64,000 bases of DNA, taken from contig CAZDFU010000001.1 of the NCBI GenBank assembly GCA_964504985.1, positions 21,752 to 85,751 of the forward strand, in the 5' to 3' direction. Made by a program: the position numbers and the translations under genes. Source of the DNA: an uncultured Gammaproteobacteria bacterium. GTDB taxonomy: Bacteria > Patescibacteriota > Microgenomatia > Daviesbacterales > UBA10151. The notes beneath the pieces were generated by a model. That model made no database searches. It saw nothing but the letters and a program-made list of their open reading frames with translations, and was not told the DNA's origin. Positions 6,934 through 16,791 of this stretch are shown piece after piece. The stretch's first letter is position 1. Every line of letters starts with the position of its first letter.

Positions 6934-9498
6934 ATGAGCAAACACAGATTACCCGTGCATATTAAACCCGAAAGATATAAAATCATGCTCAAACCTGACT
7001 TGGAGCAATTCAGCTTTGAGGGTGAGGAAACAATTTATCTGATTTTAGAAAAATCCACCAAACAAATTACCCTGCATAGTGTTGATTTGGAAATTTTATC
7101 AGCTGACTGGATTCATAAATCTAAAGAGGTTTGGGCTGGGAAAATTTCTTATGATCAAAAAGCAGAAACAGCAACCCTAACTTTTCCTAAAAATTTGGAA
7201 AAAGGAAAAGGGGAATTAATACTTAAATTCAAAGGGATTTTAAATGATAAAATGAGGGGTTTTTATAGAAGTAGATTTGAGCACAGTGGGGAAGTAAAAC
7301 ACCTGGCTGCCACTCAGTTTGAATCAACTGATGCAAGAAGGGCATTCCCAAGTTTTGATGAGCCATCTCAAAAAGCTATTTTTGATGTGACATTAATGAT
7401 TCCTGCTCACACCATAGCCATTTCCAATACCTTAGAATCTGCTGTTTCTGAGCATGAAAGCGGGTTAAAAATTGTCGAGTTTGAACCCACCCCAAAGATG
7501 AGTACCTATCTTTTAGCATTTATTGTAGGTGAGTTTGAATATATTGAAGGAAAAACAAAGGATAATGTTGTAGTAAGAGTTTTTACCACCCCTGGTAAAA
7601 AAGAGCAGGTTAAATTTGCTTTGGAGGTAGCTATAAAATGTTTAGAATTTTATAACAACTATTTCAGGATTGATTACCCTCTTCCAGTTTTAGATATGAT
7701 TGCTATCCCTGATTTTGCAGCAGGGGCTATGGAGAATTGGGGGGCAGTAACTTACAGGGAATCTACCCTCTTGGTTGATGAAGCACAAACCTCCACAGCC
7801 AATAAGCAATGGGTAGCTATGGTAATTGCCCATGAGTTAGCACACCAGTGGTTTGGGAATTTAGTAACAATGGAATGGTGGACCCATCTTTGGTTAAATG
7901 AAGGTTTTGCCTCATTTATTGAGTATTTGGCTATTGATCATATTTTTCCCCAGTGGGATATCTGGACTCAATTTGTGGCTCAGGAAACAGGCAGTGCTTA
8001 CCAACTGGATGCTTTAAATAACACTCATCCAATAGAAATTAGTGTTGGACATCCAGCAGAGATTTCAGAGATTTTTGATAAGGTTTCCTATTCCAAAGGG
8101 GCCTCAATTTTAAGGATGCTTCATGAATATTTAGGGGCTAAAGATTTTCAAAAAGGATTGCAACATTATCTTAAACGGCATGCGTATTCTAATGCTCGAA
8201 CAGAAGATTTATGGAGGGCGTTAGAAGAAAAGAGTGGTAAACCGGTGAGAAAAGTGATGGCAAATTGGACATCAAAAGCAGGGCACCCATTAATAAGTGT
8301 AAAGTGCAAAGTGAAAAGTGAAAAGTTAGAATTAAGACAAAGCAGATTTTTCTCCAGTCCCATTTCCAGAGAAGAAAGCAAAGATAAAACAGTTTGGAAT
8401 ATTCCACTAAAAGTAGGAGGTAAACAATTATTAATGGATAAAAAATCCCTAGGTGTCAAGCTAGTCCACCTCCCAGGTGGGATAAAGGTGAATGCAGGGG
8501 AAGCTAGTTTTGTCAGGGTAGATTATCCTCATGAATTATTAAAAAAACTTGAAGGGACTATTAAGGAGGGTGGTCTGACTGCACCTGATAGATTAGGTTT
8601 GATAAGAGATACTTTTGGGTTGGCTCAATCCGGCCAGACCCCTACAACTTCAGCTTTAGAATTGGCTTTGGCTTATAAATATGAGGAAGATTATACTGTC
8701 TGGGCAGAGCTCACAGGACATTTGTCCCAGCTTGACAGCTTGTTAGCTTATGAAGTTTTCTACAACCAATTTAGAATTTATGGACAAAAAATATATAAAG
8801 ATATTGCAGATAAAATGGGATGGGAAAAAAGAAGAGAAGATAAGCATACAGATTCCTTGCTCCGGGGGATGGTTTTAAACATGCTGGGTAAATTTGGTGA
8901 TGAAGAAGTTATAAAAAAGGCTCAGGATTTATATGGATCCCTGATCAAGTCAGGGATGACAAATAGTATTGATCCTGATTTAAAAGGAGTTGTATATAAC
9001 CTGGTGGCTGAAAATGGTAATAAATCTGAATGGAATAGCTTGGTTAAGATGTATAAAGAAGAAGAAAACCAGCAGGAAAAAGACAGGATTGGCAGAAGTT
9101 TAGGGCATTTTAAAAGTAAATCTTATCTTTTGAAAAGTTTGGAGTTTTCCATATCAAAACATGTTAGGTTCCAAAATAGTTTGGGGATTATTGCTTCTGT
9201 TTGGGGAAATCCCCACGGAAGGTATTTAGCATGGGAATTTGTTAAAAGTAACTGGAAACTTTTAAAGGAAAGGTATGCAGGCGGTCATTATTTTACCAGG
9301 GTATTTGCTTCTGCAGGAGAGTTTACTAAAGTTTCTGATGCCAAAGATATTGAAAAGTTTGCAAGGATTAATCCTGTGCCTGAAGCCAAAAGAACTATTG
9401 CCCAGGTTTTAGAACAAATTTATTCAAATGTGGAATGGCTAAAAAGGGATAAACAAAAAATCAAAAAAATTCTGCAAAATCCCCAGGTGTCAAGCTAG
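6934..9498 (+). CDS. pepN: M1 family (puromycin-sensitive type) aminopeptidase
   Basis: GAMENWG, HELAH-x18-E (WLNEGFA), YSKGA motifs, ERAP1-like C-terminal region; carries three short repeat-derived insertions and a repeat copy over its stop codon. Confidence 0.93.
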   Translation: MSKHRLPVHIKPERYKIMLKPDLEQFSFEGEETIYLILEKSTKQITLHSVDLEILSADWIHKSKEVWAGKISYDQKAETATLTFPKNLEKGKGELILKFKGILNDKMRGFYRSRFEHSGEVKHLAATQFESTDARRAFPSFDEPSQKAIFDVTLMIPAHTIAISNTLESAVSEHESGLKIVEFEPTPKMSTYLLAFIVGEFEYIEGKTKDNVVVRVFTTPGKKEQVKFALEVAIKCLEFYNNYFRIDYPLPVLDMIAIPDFAAGAMENWGAVTYRESTLLVDEAQTSTANKQWVAMVIAHELAHQWFGNLVTMEWWTHLWLNEGFASFIEYLAIDHIFPQWDIWTQFVAQETGSAYQLDALNNTHPIEISVGHPAEISEIFDKVSYSKGASILRMLHEYLGAKDFQKGLQHYLKRHAYSNARTEDLWRALEEKSGKPVRKVMANWTSKAGHPLISVKCKVKSEKLELRQSRFFSSPISREESKDKTVWNIPLKVGGKQLLMDKKSLGVKLVHLPGGIKVNAGEASFVRVDYPHELLKKLEGTIKEGGLTAPDRLGLIRDTFGLAQSGQTPTTSALELALAYKYEEDYTVWAELTGHLSQLDSLLAYEVFYNQFRIYGQKIYKDIADKMGWEKRREDKHTDSLLRGMVLNMLGKFGDEEVIKKAQDLYGSLIKSGMTNSIDPDLKGVVYNLVAENGNKSEWNSLVKMYKEEENQQEKDRIGRSLGHFKSKSYLLKSLEFSISKHVRFQNSLGIIASVWGNPHGRYLAWEFVKSNWKLLKERYAGGHYFTRVFASAGEFTKVSDAKDIEKFARINPVPEAKRTIAQVLEQIYSNVEWLKRDKQKIKKILQNPQVSS
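8442..8482 (+). repeat. 41-bp composite palindromic element (CACCT-N3-AGGTG family), in frame inside pepN
   Basis: AAAATCCCTAGGTGTCAAGCTAGTCCACCTCCCAGGTGGGA; 40/41 identical to 9476-9516. Confidence 0.9.
8935..8960. repeat. Short palindromic element (ATCCCTGA-N5-TCAGGGAT) in frame inside pepN
   Basis: Perfect 8-bp inverted repeat 8937-8957 encoding GSLIKSGMT. Confidence 0.6.
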
Positions 9499-9516
9499 TC
9501 CACCTCCCAGGTGGGA
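9476..9516 (+). repeat. 41-bp composite palindromic element overlapping the pepN stop codon
   Basis: Near-identical copy of 8442-8482; supplies the TAG at 9496-9498. Confidence 0.9.
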
Positions 9517-9564
9517 AAACTAGAACTTAAGTTTGTCATATATTTTATGATAAAATACAAAGTT

Positions 9565-10128
9565 ATGGCATTAAATGTTAATGAACTTAGAAATGGGACT
9601 TTTTTCAAGGAAGGAAAAGAAATTTTCTTAGTTGTAACTTATGAGCATGTTAAAACCGGCAGGGGTTCAGGTAATATTAAACTTAAAGTAAGAAACCTAA
9701 GATCAGGGGCTGTGGTGGAAAAATCTTTTATAACTGGTGCAAGAGTTGATGAGGCAAATGTTGAAAAGAAAAAAGCTCAATTTTTATACAGAGATGGAGA
9801 TAGTTTTAACTTCATGGATCCCGCTTCCTTTGAACAATTTTTAATTTCCTCTTCAGTTATTGGTGAGCAGGCAAAATATTTAAAAGAAGGCCTGGAAGTA
9901 CTTTTAATAGTTTCAGAAAATGAGGCATTGGGTTTAGAATTACCTTTAAGTTTAGTTTACGCAATCTCTGAAACTGGGCCAGGAGAAAAAGGGAACACTG
10001 TTTCTAATGTTTTCAAAGAAGCTATATTAGATAATGGATTGGTTGTTAAAGTCCCTATGTTTATGAGGGTTGGAGAAAAAGTAAAAGTTGATACAAAAAC
10101 CGGACAGTATGTGGAAAGGGTAAAATAG
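9565..10128 (+). CDS. efp: Elongation factor P
   Basis: HVKTGRGSG, QFLYRDG, FMDPASFEQ, GEKGNT, VPMF...GEKVKVDT; start moved to ATG 9565. Confidence 0.95.
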   Translation: MALNVNELRNGTFFKEGKEIFLVVTYEHVKTGRGSGNIKLKVRNLRSGAVVEKSFITGARVDEANVEKKKAQFLYRDGDSFNFMDPASFEQFLISSSVIGEQAKYLKEGLEVLLIVSENEALGLELPLSLVYAISETGPGEKGNTVSNVFKEAILDNGLVVKVPMFMRVGEKVKVDTKTGQYVERVK

Positions 10129-10200
10129 TATAGTGTATTATGTATAGAGTATAAAGAAATGCCCCTCTATACACTATACTCAATACTTTATACTTAAACT
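10127..10200. repeat. Inverted pair of degenerate 7-nt-period arrays (AGTATAG / CTATACT)
   Basis: agtatag-tgtatta-tgtatag-agtataa ... ctataca-ctatact-caatact-ttatact, between efp and galU. Confidence 0.75.
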
Positions 10201-11094
10201 ATGGCTAAAAAGATAACCAAGGCTTTAATACCTGCTGCTGGTTTTGGGACAAGATTTTTACCTCAGACCAAGGCCATGCCTAAAGAGATGCTTCCTATAG
10301 TTGATAAGCCTGTTATCCAATATGTGGTGGAAGAAGTTGTGGCCTCAGGGGTTAATAATGTAATCATAGTAACAGGTGCTACCAAAAGAGCAATTGAAGA
10401 TCATTTTGACAGTCCTTCTGAAGGTTTGATCCAAAACCTAAAAAATGGTAATAAGAGTGAGCTGCTGGAACAAATAGAACATATTTCCAACATGGCAAAT
10501 TTTATCTATGTCAGACAAAAAGGCCTTTATGGAAATGGTACTCCTGTATTGGCAGGGGAATCAGTAATAGAGGACGAACCTTTTGCAGTGCTTTGGGGAG
10601 ATGAATTTATTGCTGCAAACCCTCCCAGATTAAAACAGATGATTGAGGTTCATGAGAAATATGGGGGTATGGTTATTTCTGGCGTAAAAATTGAAAAGAA
10701 AGAAGATTTAAAAAGGTATGGAATAGCAGATTTAGAATTGGTGGAGGGGAATGTTTTTAAGATAAAAAAGATTGTGGAAAAACCAGACCCGGAGGCTGCC
10801 CCCTCAAACATAGCTACTCATGGGGCATATATCCTGCCTCCTGAAATTTTTGGAGCTTTAAAAAGTCTAAATCCAGGTCAGGGTGGGGAGATATGGTTAG
10901 TTGATGCTATAAATAAACTGAAAGATGAGGGGGTTCCTTTATACGCTGTAGTAGTAAAAAATGGTAAATATTATGATACTGGTAATAAATTAGAATATAT
11001 GAAAACAGTGGCGGAGTTGGCAATTGATCATCCGGAAGTAGGAAAAGAATTTAAAAAACATCTGCAAACCTTAGTGGAGAGTTCTAAGAACTAA
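10201..11094 (+). CDS. galU: UTP--glucose-1-phosphate uridylyltransferase
   Basis: KALIPAAGFGTRFLPQTKAMPKEMLPIVDKP, VEKP, GEIWLVDAI, YDTG motifs. Confidence 0.93.
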   Translation: MAKKITKALIPAAGFGTRFLPQTKAMPKEMLPIVDKPVIQYVVEEVVASGVNNVIIVTGATKRAIEDHFDSPSEGLIQNLKNGNKSELLEQIEHISNMANFIYVRQKGLYGNGTPVLAGESVIEDEPFAVLWGDEFIAANPPRLKQMIEVHEKYGGMVISGVKIEKKEDLKRYGIADLELVEGNVFKIKKIVEKPDPEAAPSNIATHGAYILPPEIFGALKSLNPGQGGEIWLVDAINKLKDEGVPLYAVVVKNGKYYDTGNKLEYMKTVAELAIDHPEVGKEFKKHLQTLVESSKN

Positions 11095-11514
11095 TACTAT
11101 CCCCCCAACTGTGACTGCTTGGGTTAAAATCCCCCAAGGGAGTTTAACATTAGATTGTATTTTATGCTGCCATTTGTAAGCTGTGGAAAAAGGAGGGAAG
11201 TTCCAGCTAAATAGCAAGTAGGGCATCATCAAAATATCCCACATTTCAGAGAATAAAATACAAGTTAGTAAATAAATTGGGTTAGTGAGGTTGCCAAATA
11301 TCAAAAAGGCTAAGGCTATTCCTAGGATTAAATCAAAAACAGATTCTAAAAATAAAGTGAACTTATTTTTTTTCCTCCAACCCAGACCTAAGTCCCAGTG
11401 AGGGATCATATCTAAAATAGGGTGGGAAAGGGAAGCAAGGGGTAAGGCTATAGCAGGGTTGGGGACATATGCTGCGATTGCCCCTCCAACTAATGCATGC
11501 GCGGTTGCTGTCAT
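11071..11514 (-). CDS. Membrane protein, putative metal-dependent hydrolase
   Basis: HALVG, SHPILDMIPHWD, WQHKIQ His/Asp pattern with TM helices. Confidence 0.6.
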   Translation of the reverse strand: MTATAHALVGGAIAAYVPNPAIALPLASLSHPILDMIPHWDLGLGWRKKNKFTLFLESVFDLILGIALAFLIFGNLTNPIYLLTCILFSEMWDILMMPYLLFSWNFPPFSTAYKWQHKIQSNVKLPWGILTQAVTVGGIVLVLRTLH

Positions 11515-11551
11515 ATTTTCGTTCTATCAGTGTATCACGTTTTGTCAATGA

Positions 11552-11601
11552 ATTCGACTTCCCGCTCATCATTGATCCTGAGCGTAAGCCGAAGGATCAA
11601 T
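11552..11601. repeat. Palindromic element of the CCTGAGC...GAAGG / TTCGAC...GCTCA type
   Basis: TTCGACTTCCCGCTCATC followed by the hairpin ATTGATCCT-GAGCGTAAGCCGA-AGGATCAAT; relatives at 43692-43712 and 54362-54389. Confidence 0.65.
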
Positions 11602-11645
11602 TTGATTCAAATGCATCTTCGTGGTACTCTTCTCTTGCAGTTTGT

Positions 11646-11722
11646 GGTTAGTAGTTATTTGTGTGAGTATATGAACTCCTAGCTCCTAACTCTGAACTCT
11701 GAACTAATAACTAATAACTAAT
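11646..11722. repeat. 7-nt-period array (AACTnnn x7) with a short inverted partner
   Basis: aactcct-agctcct-aactctg-aactctg-aactaat-aactaat-aactaat immediately before the lgt ATG. Confidence 0.8.
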
Positions 11723-11723
11723 T

Positions 11724-12638
11724 ATGTTTCCTGTGCTATTTTCAATAAATAAGATATCTGTTTCCTCCTTTGGAGTATTTTTAGCCCTGGGGCTTATTTT
11801 TGGACTTTTTTTAATTTGGCGCTTAAGCAGGGCCTGGGAGTTGGACGAAGAGAAGATTTTAGATTTAACACTGATTGCTTTCCTGGGAGGATTATTAGGC
11901 TCAAGGATTTACTTTGTGATAGAAAAATTGCAATATTTTATTCAAAATCCACAATATATTTTGCTTTTTAACCAAACCCCAGGATTTTCATTTTGGGGGG
12001 CTTTTATAGGCGGTTGGTTAACGCTTTACTATTTTGCCAGGAAGAAAAAGATAGATTTTTGGCAGGCAGGGGATATTGCAGTGGTAGGGCTTTTAGGAGG
12101 CTTAATTTTTTCCTCCTTAGGCTGTTTTTTAGGAGGTTGTAATATAGGCATACAAAGCAACTGGTTTTTTGCAACCTCTGTGGCAGGCAGTTTGGGAAAA
12201 AGATTCCCCGTTCAAGCGCTGGAAGCTGTCTTGTTTTTTCTAGCGTTTTTAAACCTTTGGGGTAAAAGCACCCGCTTTCATCACCGGGGCAAAATATTAA
12301 GTTTAGGCTTAATTTATATTGGAATAATTAAACTCCTGACTGAACCGTTTAGAGCATCCTATGATGAAGATCTATTTTTATCATTTATCCTGATAATTTT
12401 AGGGATAAATATTTTATATAGGGTAACAAACAGAAAGTTAACAAATGATTTAAGGGAATTTTTTATTTTTGTGCGTAAATTATTTACTGACTCCTTGACC
12501 AGGAAGCAGACTTTAGCTAAACTTAGGAAAAGTTGGTATAATCGCAGAACGTCAATTTCCTGGAATGTGCGGAGTTTAAAGAAAAAATTAGGGAGGATAA
12601 ATGTTGGAATTTCCTACAAAAACAATAAATTACATTAA
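11724..12638 (+). CDS. lgt: Prolipoprotein diacylglyceryl transferase-like protein
   Basis: MFPVLF, GGLLGSRIYFV, GFSFWGA, LGCFLGGC, RFPVQALE, EPFR motifs (divergent). Confidence 0.8.
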   Translation: MFPVLFSINKISVSSFGVFLALGLIFGLFLIWRLSRAWELDEEKILDLTLIAFLGGLLGSRIYFVIEKLQYFIQNPQYILLFNQTPGFSFWGAFIGGWLTLYYFARKKKIDFWQAGDIAVVGLLGGLIFSSLGCFLGGCNIGIQSNWFFATSVAGSLGKRFPVQALEAVLFFLAFLNLWGKSTRFHHRGKILSLGLIYIGIIKLLTEPFRASYDEDLFLSFILIILGINILYRVTNRKLTNDLREFFIFVRKLFTDSLTRKQTLAKLRKSWYNRRTSISWNVRSLKKKLGRINVGISYKNNKLH

Positions 12639-12960
12639 GAAATTATTGCTTAACCAGCAAAAAGTGGTTGAGAAAAACCTGAAAGGGGTTGAGGAAGATG
12701 ATCCTGCAAAAAGTGATGGTCTGGCTGAAAGCTCAGAACCAGGTACAGACTCATACATTGCAGATACCCATACCAAAGCTATAGTTTTGGAAGCCCAACT
12801 TAAAAGAACCAATAGTTCCATAAAAGAAGCTCTTATGAAAATAAAAAATGGCACTTACGGTAAGTGTGAAAAGTGCGGCCAGGGGATTGAACTGGGAAGG
12901 CTTCTAGCCATGCCAACAGCTTCCCTTTGTTTATCTTGCTCAAATAAAACTACAAAATAA
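12601..12960 (+). CDS. DksA/TraR C4-type zinc finger protein
   Basis: Coiled coil followed by GTYGKCEKCG..IELGRLLAMPTASLCLSC. Confidence 0.88.
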   Translation: MLEFPTKTINYIKKLLLNQQKVVEKNLKGVEEDDPAKSDGLAESSEPGTDSYIADTHTKAIVLEAQLKRTNSSIKEALMKIKNGTYGKCEKCGQGIELGRLLAMPTASLCLSCSNKTTK

Positions 12961-13013
12961 ACCAAAACTGCTATCTTTACAATTATATTTACTTCAAGTT
13001 ATTATGCCAACAT

Positions 13014-14057
13014 ATGGTGACCAAAGCAAAAGAGAGATATAACCCTGATCATGACCTTAGTTTTATACGGAGAACTAATGATACAAGGGGAGGTATAGTC
13101 CTTCCAGCTGATGGTAATCTGGAGGCAGTTTATCCTTGGGGGGCTAATGGAGCGATGGCAGAGGCAGAAAGAAGAAGATTAAGTTTACAGGCAGGAATAA
13201 GTTGGGCTAGAGATTATGAAGAATGGCATGAAGACGTCCTAAAATCTGGGTATGCTCCACACAGAATGGCTTTGGTTGGTGTTTCACCAGGAGCAGAGCA
13301 GCTTCAGTTTGTATTAAGAAAGTATCCGCAAGCTGAAGTTGTAGTTATTGAGGTAGACCCTAAAAAAGTTGAAGGAGCCAAAGCTACAATCAGCCGTACA
13401 AACAGGCAGGCTGCTAAACGAGGCAGGATTTCTTTTGTAATTGCAAATGCTATTGAATATCTTGCGGATCAGCCAAATAAATTTGATTTTGTGGAAGCTG
13501 ACAAGGTGGCAATACATTTACCAAGTCAACCGAGAGGGCAGCTTTATCAAACAGCAGGAACGGCTTTGGAAAGAGGTGGTGTATTTCATCTGAGTGATGT
13601 GCTTGCTAAAACTTGGAGCGTCCGTGCTGCACCTGGATCTGAAAAAAATCCACCCACTACGGCAGCAATAGAAGTTTTAACGGAAAAACTTATGCCGGCT
13701 ATTCTGCATGCTTCTTGGACAAACCGGGGAGCACGGTTATGGGATAATGCAGAAGATATGGCTTCAGAAGTATTATCTTTTGTCCCCAGTCTATGGCGGG
13801 GAAGGCTTAGGATATGTAAGGCGCCATTTACCGGAGTAGATGATCCGGAAGGGATGATTTCTAACTTAATTGCTATTTCACCTAGTCTAGGTATTGAAGC
13901 AAAGAGAAGACAGCAGCCTGATAATGAGGAATTGGCAAAGATTGCAGATATAATGTGGAGTGTATCAAGGCAGTTTTTTGAGGCAGCTCATACGCCAGGC
14001 GTACTGATTGGTTTACCAGACTATACCCATATAAATTTTGTAAAACTTGCTGCTTAA
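13014..14057 (+). CDS. Class I SAM-dependent methyltransferase-like protein
   Basis: ALVGVSPG (motif I-like), VVVIEVD, ISFVIANA, FDFV...IHLP, LERGGVFHLSD; N-terminal Y...E-x-x-RL-x-x-QA pattern. Confidence 0.7.
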   Translation: MVTKAKERYNPDHDLSFIRRTNDTRGGIVLPADGNLEAVYPWGANGAMAEAERRRLSLQAGISWARDYEEWHEDVLKSGYAPHRMALVGVSPGAEQLQFVLRKYPQAEVVVIEVDPKKVEGAKATISRTNRQAAKRGRISFVIANAIEYLADQPNKFDFVEADKVAIHLPSQPRGQLYQTAGTALERGGVFHLSDVLAKTWSVRAAPGSEKNPPTTAAIEVLTEKLMPAILHASWTNRGARLWDNAEDMASEVLSFVPSLWRGRLRICKAPFTGVDDPEGMISNLIAISPSLGIEAKRRQQPDNEELAKIADIMWSVSRQFFEAAHTPGVLIGLPDYTHINFVKLAA

Positions 14058-14123
14058 CTTGTAATGTTTTTGAATCCTTTTCCTCTTTGACAAAGTTTGG
14101 ATTTCTTGTAATTATGAAGTTAG

Positions 14124-16361
14124 ATGATAAACATCATATCTAACTCTTTGATTATTTTTAGTGCACTTGCTAATTTTTTAATTGGATTGGTAGTTTTAAA
14201 TAATAATATTAAGGGTAAGGTAAACATAGCCTTTTCTGTAATTTGTTTTATGCTTTCAATCTGGGGGATCTTTTTATTCCTTTACGGAGTTCCATTTTTT
14301 TTAAGTTCTTTTTTTTGGATTAAAGCTGCTTATGCCTTAGTTACTATTCAAATATCTTTTATATTAGGTTTTTCATTCATTTTCCCAAAACCAATATTTA
14401 AGAATTGGCGTTTGCCAGCTATTCTTTTTAGTTTATTTTTTATAGGAATATCTTACTGGTGGCTTTTTTTTACCAATGATTGGATAATAAATGTAACTTT
14501 AGATCCCCAGAAAGGACTCCACGTAGCTTTAGGAGACATTTATAAGGTTTGGTCAGTTTTAGTTTGGATAGCTTTTGGGTGGGCCCTTTTTAATTTCATT
14601 AGAAACAGCAAGAAGTGTGCTTTAAGGGAGAGGATTCAACTACAATATCTTTTTTTTGGATTTGGATTGTGGGGGGTATTTGTTAGTATTCCTGATATAA
14701 TCTTACCAATATTTTTTGCAGAGACACGTTTTTTTCCTCTAAGTGTTGTTACCAGTTTGTTTTTCTCAATAGCTGTTTCATATGCCATTATTAAGCATCA
14801 TTTTATGGATATACGTATGGTTGTGGCTAGAACAGTTGCCTATACGTTATTGTTAGCTATAATAGGTATTTTTTATGTAGTATCTTTTTACTCTCTTAGT
14901 TATTTATTTTTAGGTACTGTAAGCTCAGGCACTCAGGTAATATTGAATGTTGGACTTGCGCTAGTAGTTGCTTTTACTTTTGATAGATTAAAGGTCTTTT
15001 TAGAAAAACTTACTGATAAAATTTTCTATCAGGGGCATTATGACACTCAATCTTTGCTTTCATCTGTAAGTACTATTTTAAGTACGAATATTGATTTAAC
15101 TTCTTTAGTTAATCAAATTCTTGGCCTTTTAATTAAGCAAATAAAGGTTAGTAAAGGAGCTTTAGTATTACCTTCAGATTCATCAATATATGAAACAATT
15201 TCAGTTGGATTTGATGGAAATTTAAACTTAACTTATCAACATATTTCTCCTTTTTTATCTCAAGGAGAAACAATAGTTTTTGATGAATTAGAAGAAGGGG
15301 ATATTAAACAATTAATGCGTTTGTTAAATGCATCTATAGTTAGATTACTCAAAATAGAAAATAAAGTAATTGGACTTTTGATTTTAGGGGAAAAATCATC
15401 AGGAGATGTTTATTCCCAACAAGATTTAAAAATACTAAATATTATTTCACCTGAGATGGCGGTGGCTGTACAAAACTCTTTATCTTATGAAAAGATTAAA
15501 AAGTTTAATGAGGTTTTATCTGAGGAAGTTAAAAATGCCACTTTAGATTTACAAAGGGCAAATGAAAGATTAAAAAATCTGGATAGATTAAAAGATGATT
15601 TTGTATCCATTGCTTCACATGAATTAAGGACTCCAATGACAGCCATCCGCTCCTATGCCTGGATGGCTTTGAACCGCTCAGATGTAAAATTATCTGAAAA
15701 ACTTCAGAAATATTTAGTAAGAGTACTGATTTCTGCAGAAAGGTTAATTAATTTAGTTAATGACCTTCTTAATATCTCCAGAATTGAGGCAGGAAGAATA
15801 GAAATAAGTCCTGAGCCAGTTGATCTTATATCACTTTGTAAAGATATTACTGATGAAGTTTATTTCTCAAAATCAACTGAAAAAGACATTAAGTTTGAAT
15901 TATCTGATAAGTATCCTGTTCCCAGGGCTTTTGCTGACCCAGAAAAATTAAGACAGGTTCTTTTAAACCTGGTAGGAAATTCTTTAAAATTTACACCAAA
16001 TGGCGGGAAAATTGGCTTTAGATTTTTTAGTGACGGTAAAACAGTGGAGATTTCGGTTTCAGATACAGGGGTAGGGATATCCAAAGAAGATATGAGCAAA
16101 TTATTCCAAAAATTCTCCAGGTTAGATAGTTCATATACAGCAGCAGCTACTTCTGGAGGAACAGGCTTAGGTTTATTTATCTCCAAAAGTTTGGTAAATC
16201 TTATGCATGGAAAAATTTGGGCAACCTCTGAAGGCTTGGGAAAAGGAGCTGCCTTTACTATTTCTTTGCCAGTTGCTACACAAGAAGTATTGCAGAATGC
16301 AGATGAATTTAAAATAAAATCCCAGGGAGAAGCTAAGGGGTTGGAACCTGTTGCAATTTAG
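14124..16361 (+). CDS. Membrane sensor histidine kinase (multi-TM sensor, GAF-like domain, HisKA, HATPase)
   Basis: About 9 N-terminal TM helices, LGEKSSGDVYSQQD (GAF-like), SHELRTP, NLVGNSLKFT, DTGVG, GGTGLGL. Confidence 0.95.
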   Translation: MINIISNSLIIFSALANFLIGLVVLNNNIKGKVNIAFSVICFMLSIWGIFLFLYGVPFFLSSFFWIKAAYALVTIQISFILGFSFIFPKPIFKNWRLPAILFSLFFIGISYWWLFFTNDWIINVTLDPQKGLHVALGDIYKVWSVLVWIAFGWALFNFIRNSKKCALRERIQLQYLFFGFGLWGVFVSIPDIILPIFFAETRFFPLSVVTSLFFSIAVSYAIIKHHFMDIRMVVARTVAYTLLLAIIGIFYVVSFYSLSYLFLGTVSSGTQVILNVGLALVVAFTFDRLKVFLEKLTDKIFYQGHYDTQSLLSSVSTILSTNIDLTSLVNQILGLLIKQIKVSKGALVLPSDSSIYETISVGFDGNLNLTYQHISPFLSQGETIVFDELEEGDIKQLMRLLNASIVRLLKIENKVIGLLILGEKSSGDVYSQQDLKILNIISPEMAVAVQNSLSYEKIKKFNEVLSEEVKNATLDLQRANERLKNLDRLKDDFVSIASHELRTPMTAIRSYAWMALNRSDVKLSEKLQKYLVRVLISAERLINLVNDLLNISRIEAGRIEISPEPVDLISLCKDITDEVYFSKSTEKDIKFELSDKYPVPRAFADPEKLRQVLLNLVGNSLKFTPNGGKIGFRFFSDGKTVEISVSDTGVGISKEDMSKLFQKFSRLDSSYTAAATSGGTGLGLFISKSLVNLMHGKIWATSEGLGKGAAFTISLPVATQEVLQNADEFKIKSQGEAKGLEPVAI

Positions 16362-16401
16362 GACTCTTGACTCTGAAGCCTTATCACTATAAGGTAATCA
16401 T

Positions 16402-16791
16402 ATGGACAACCAAAGCAAAAAAATACTTGTTGTTGAGGATGATCAATTTTTAAGGGAGTTTTATCAGGAACTTTTGGAAGGGGAAGGATATACGGTGGAT
16501 ACTGCAATGGATGGAGAAACGGCAGCCAATAAAATTAACCAGGGGGGTTATAATCTGGTTCTTTTGGATATTATGCTGCCCAAAAAAGACGGAACCCAAA
16601 TTTTAAGGGAAACAACGATGCGTCCCCCGAAAAATGCCAACGGCCCCATAGTTTGTTTGACTAATTTAGGCCAGGATTCAGTAATAAAAGAGTGTTTTGA
16701 ACTGGGAGCTGCAGGATATTTAATTAAATCAGCCTTGAACCCTGACCAGGTTTTAACAGAAATAAAAAGCTATTTAACAAAATCCTCATAA
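16402..16791 (+). CDS. Single-domain response regulator
   Basis: ILVVEDD, LLDIMLPKKDG, LTN, GAAGYLIK. Confidence 0.95.
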   Translation: MDNQSKKILVVEDDQFLREFYQELLEGEGYTVDTAMDGETAANKINQGGYNLVLLDIMLPKKDGTQILRETTMRPPKNANGPIVCLTNLGQDSVIKECFELGAAGYLIKSALNPDQVLTEIKSYLTKSS

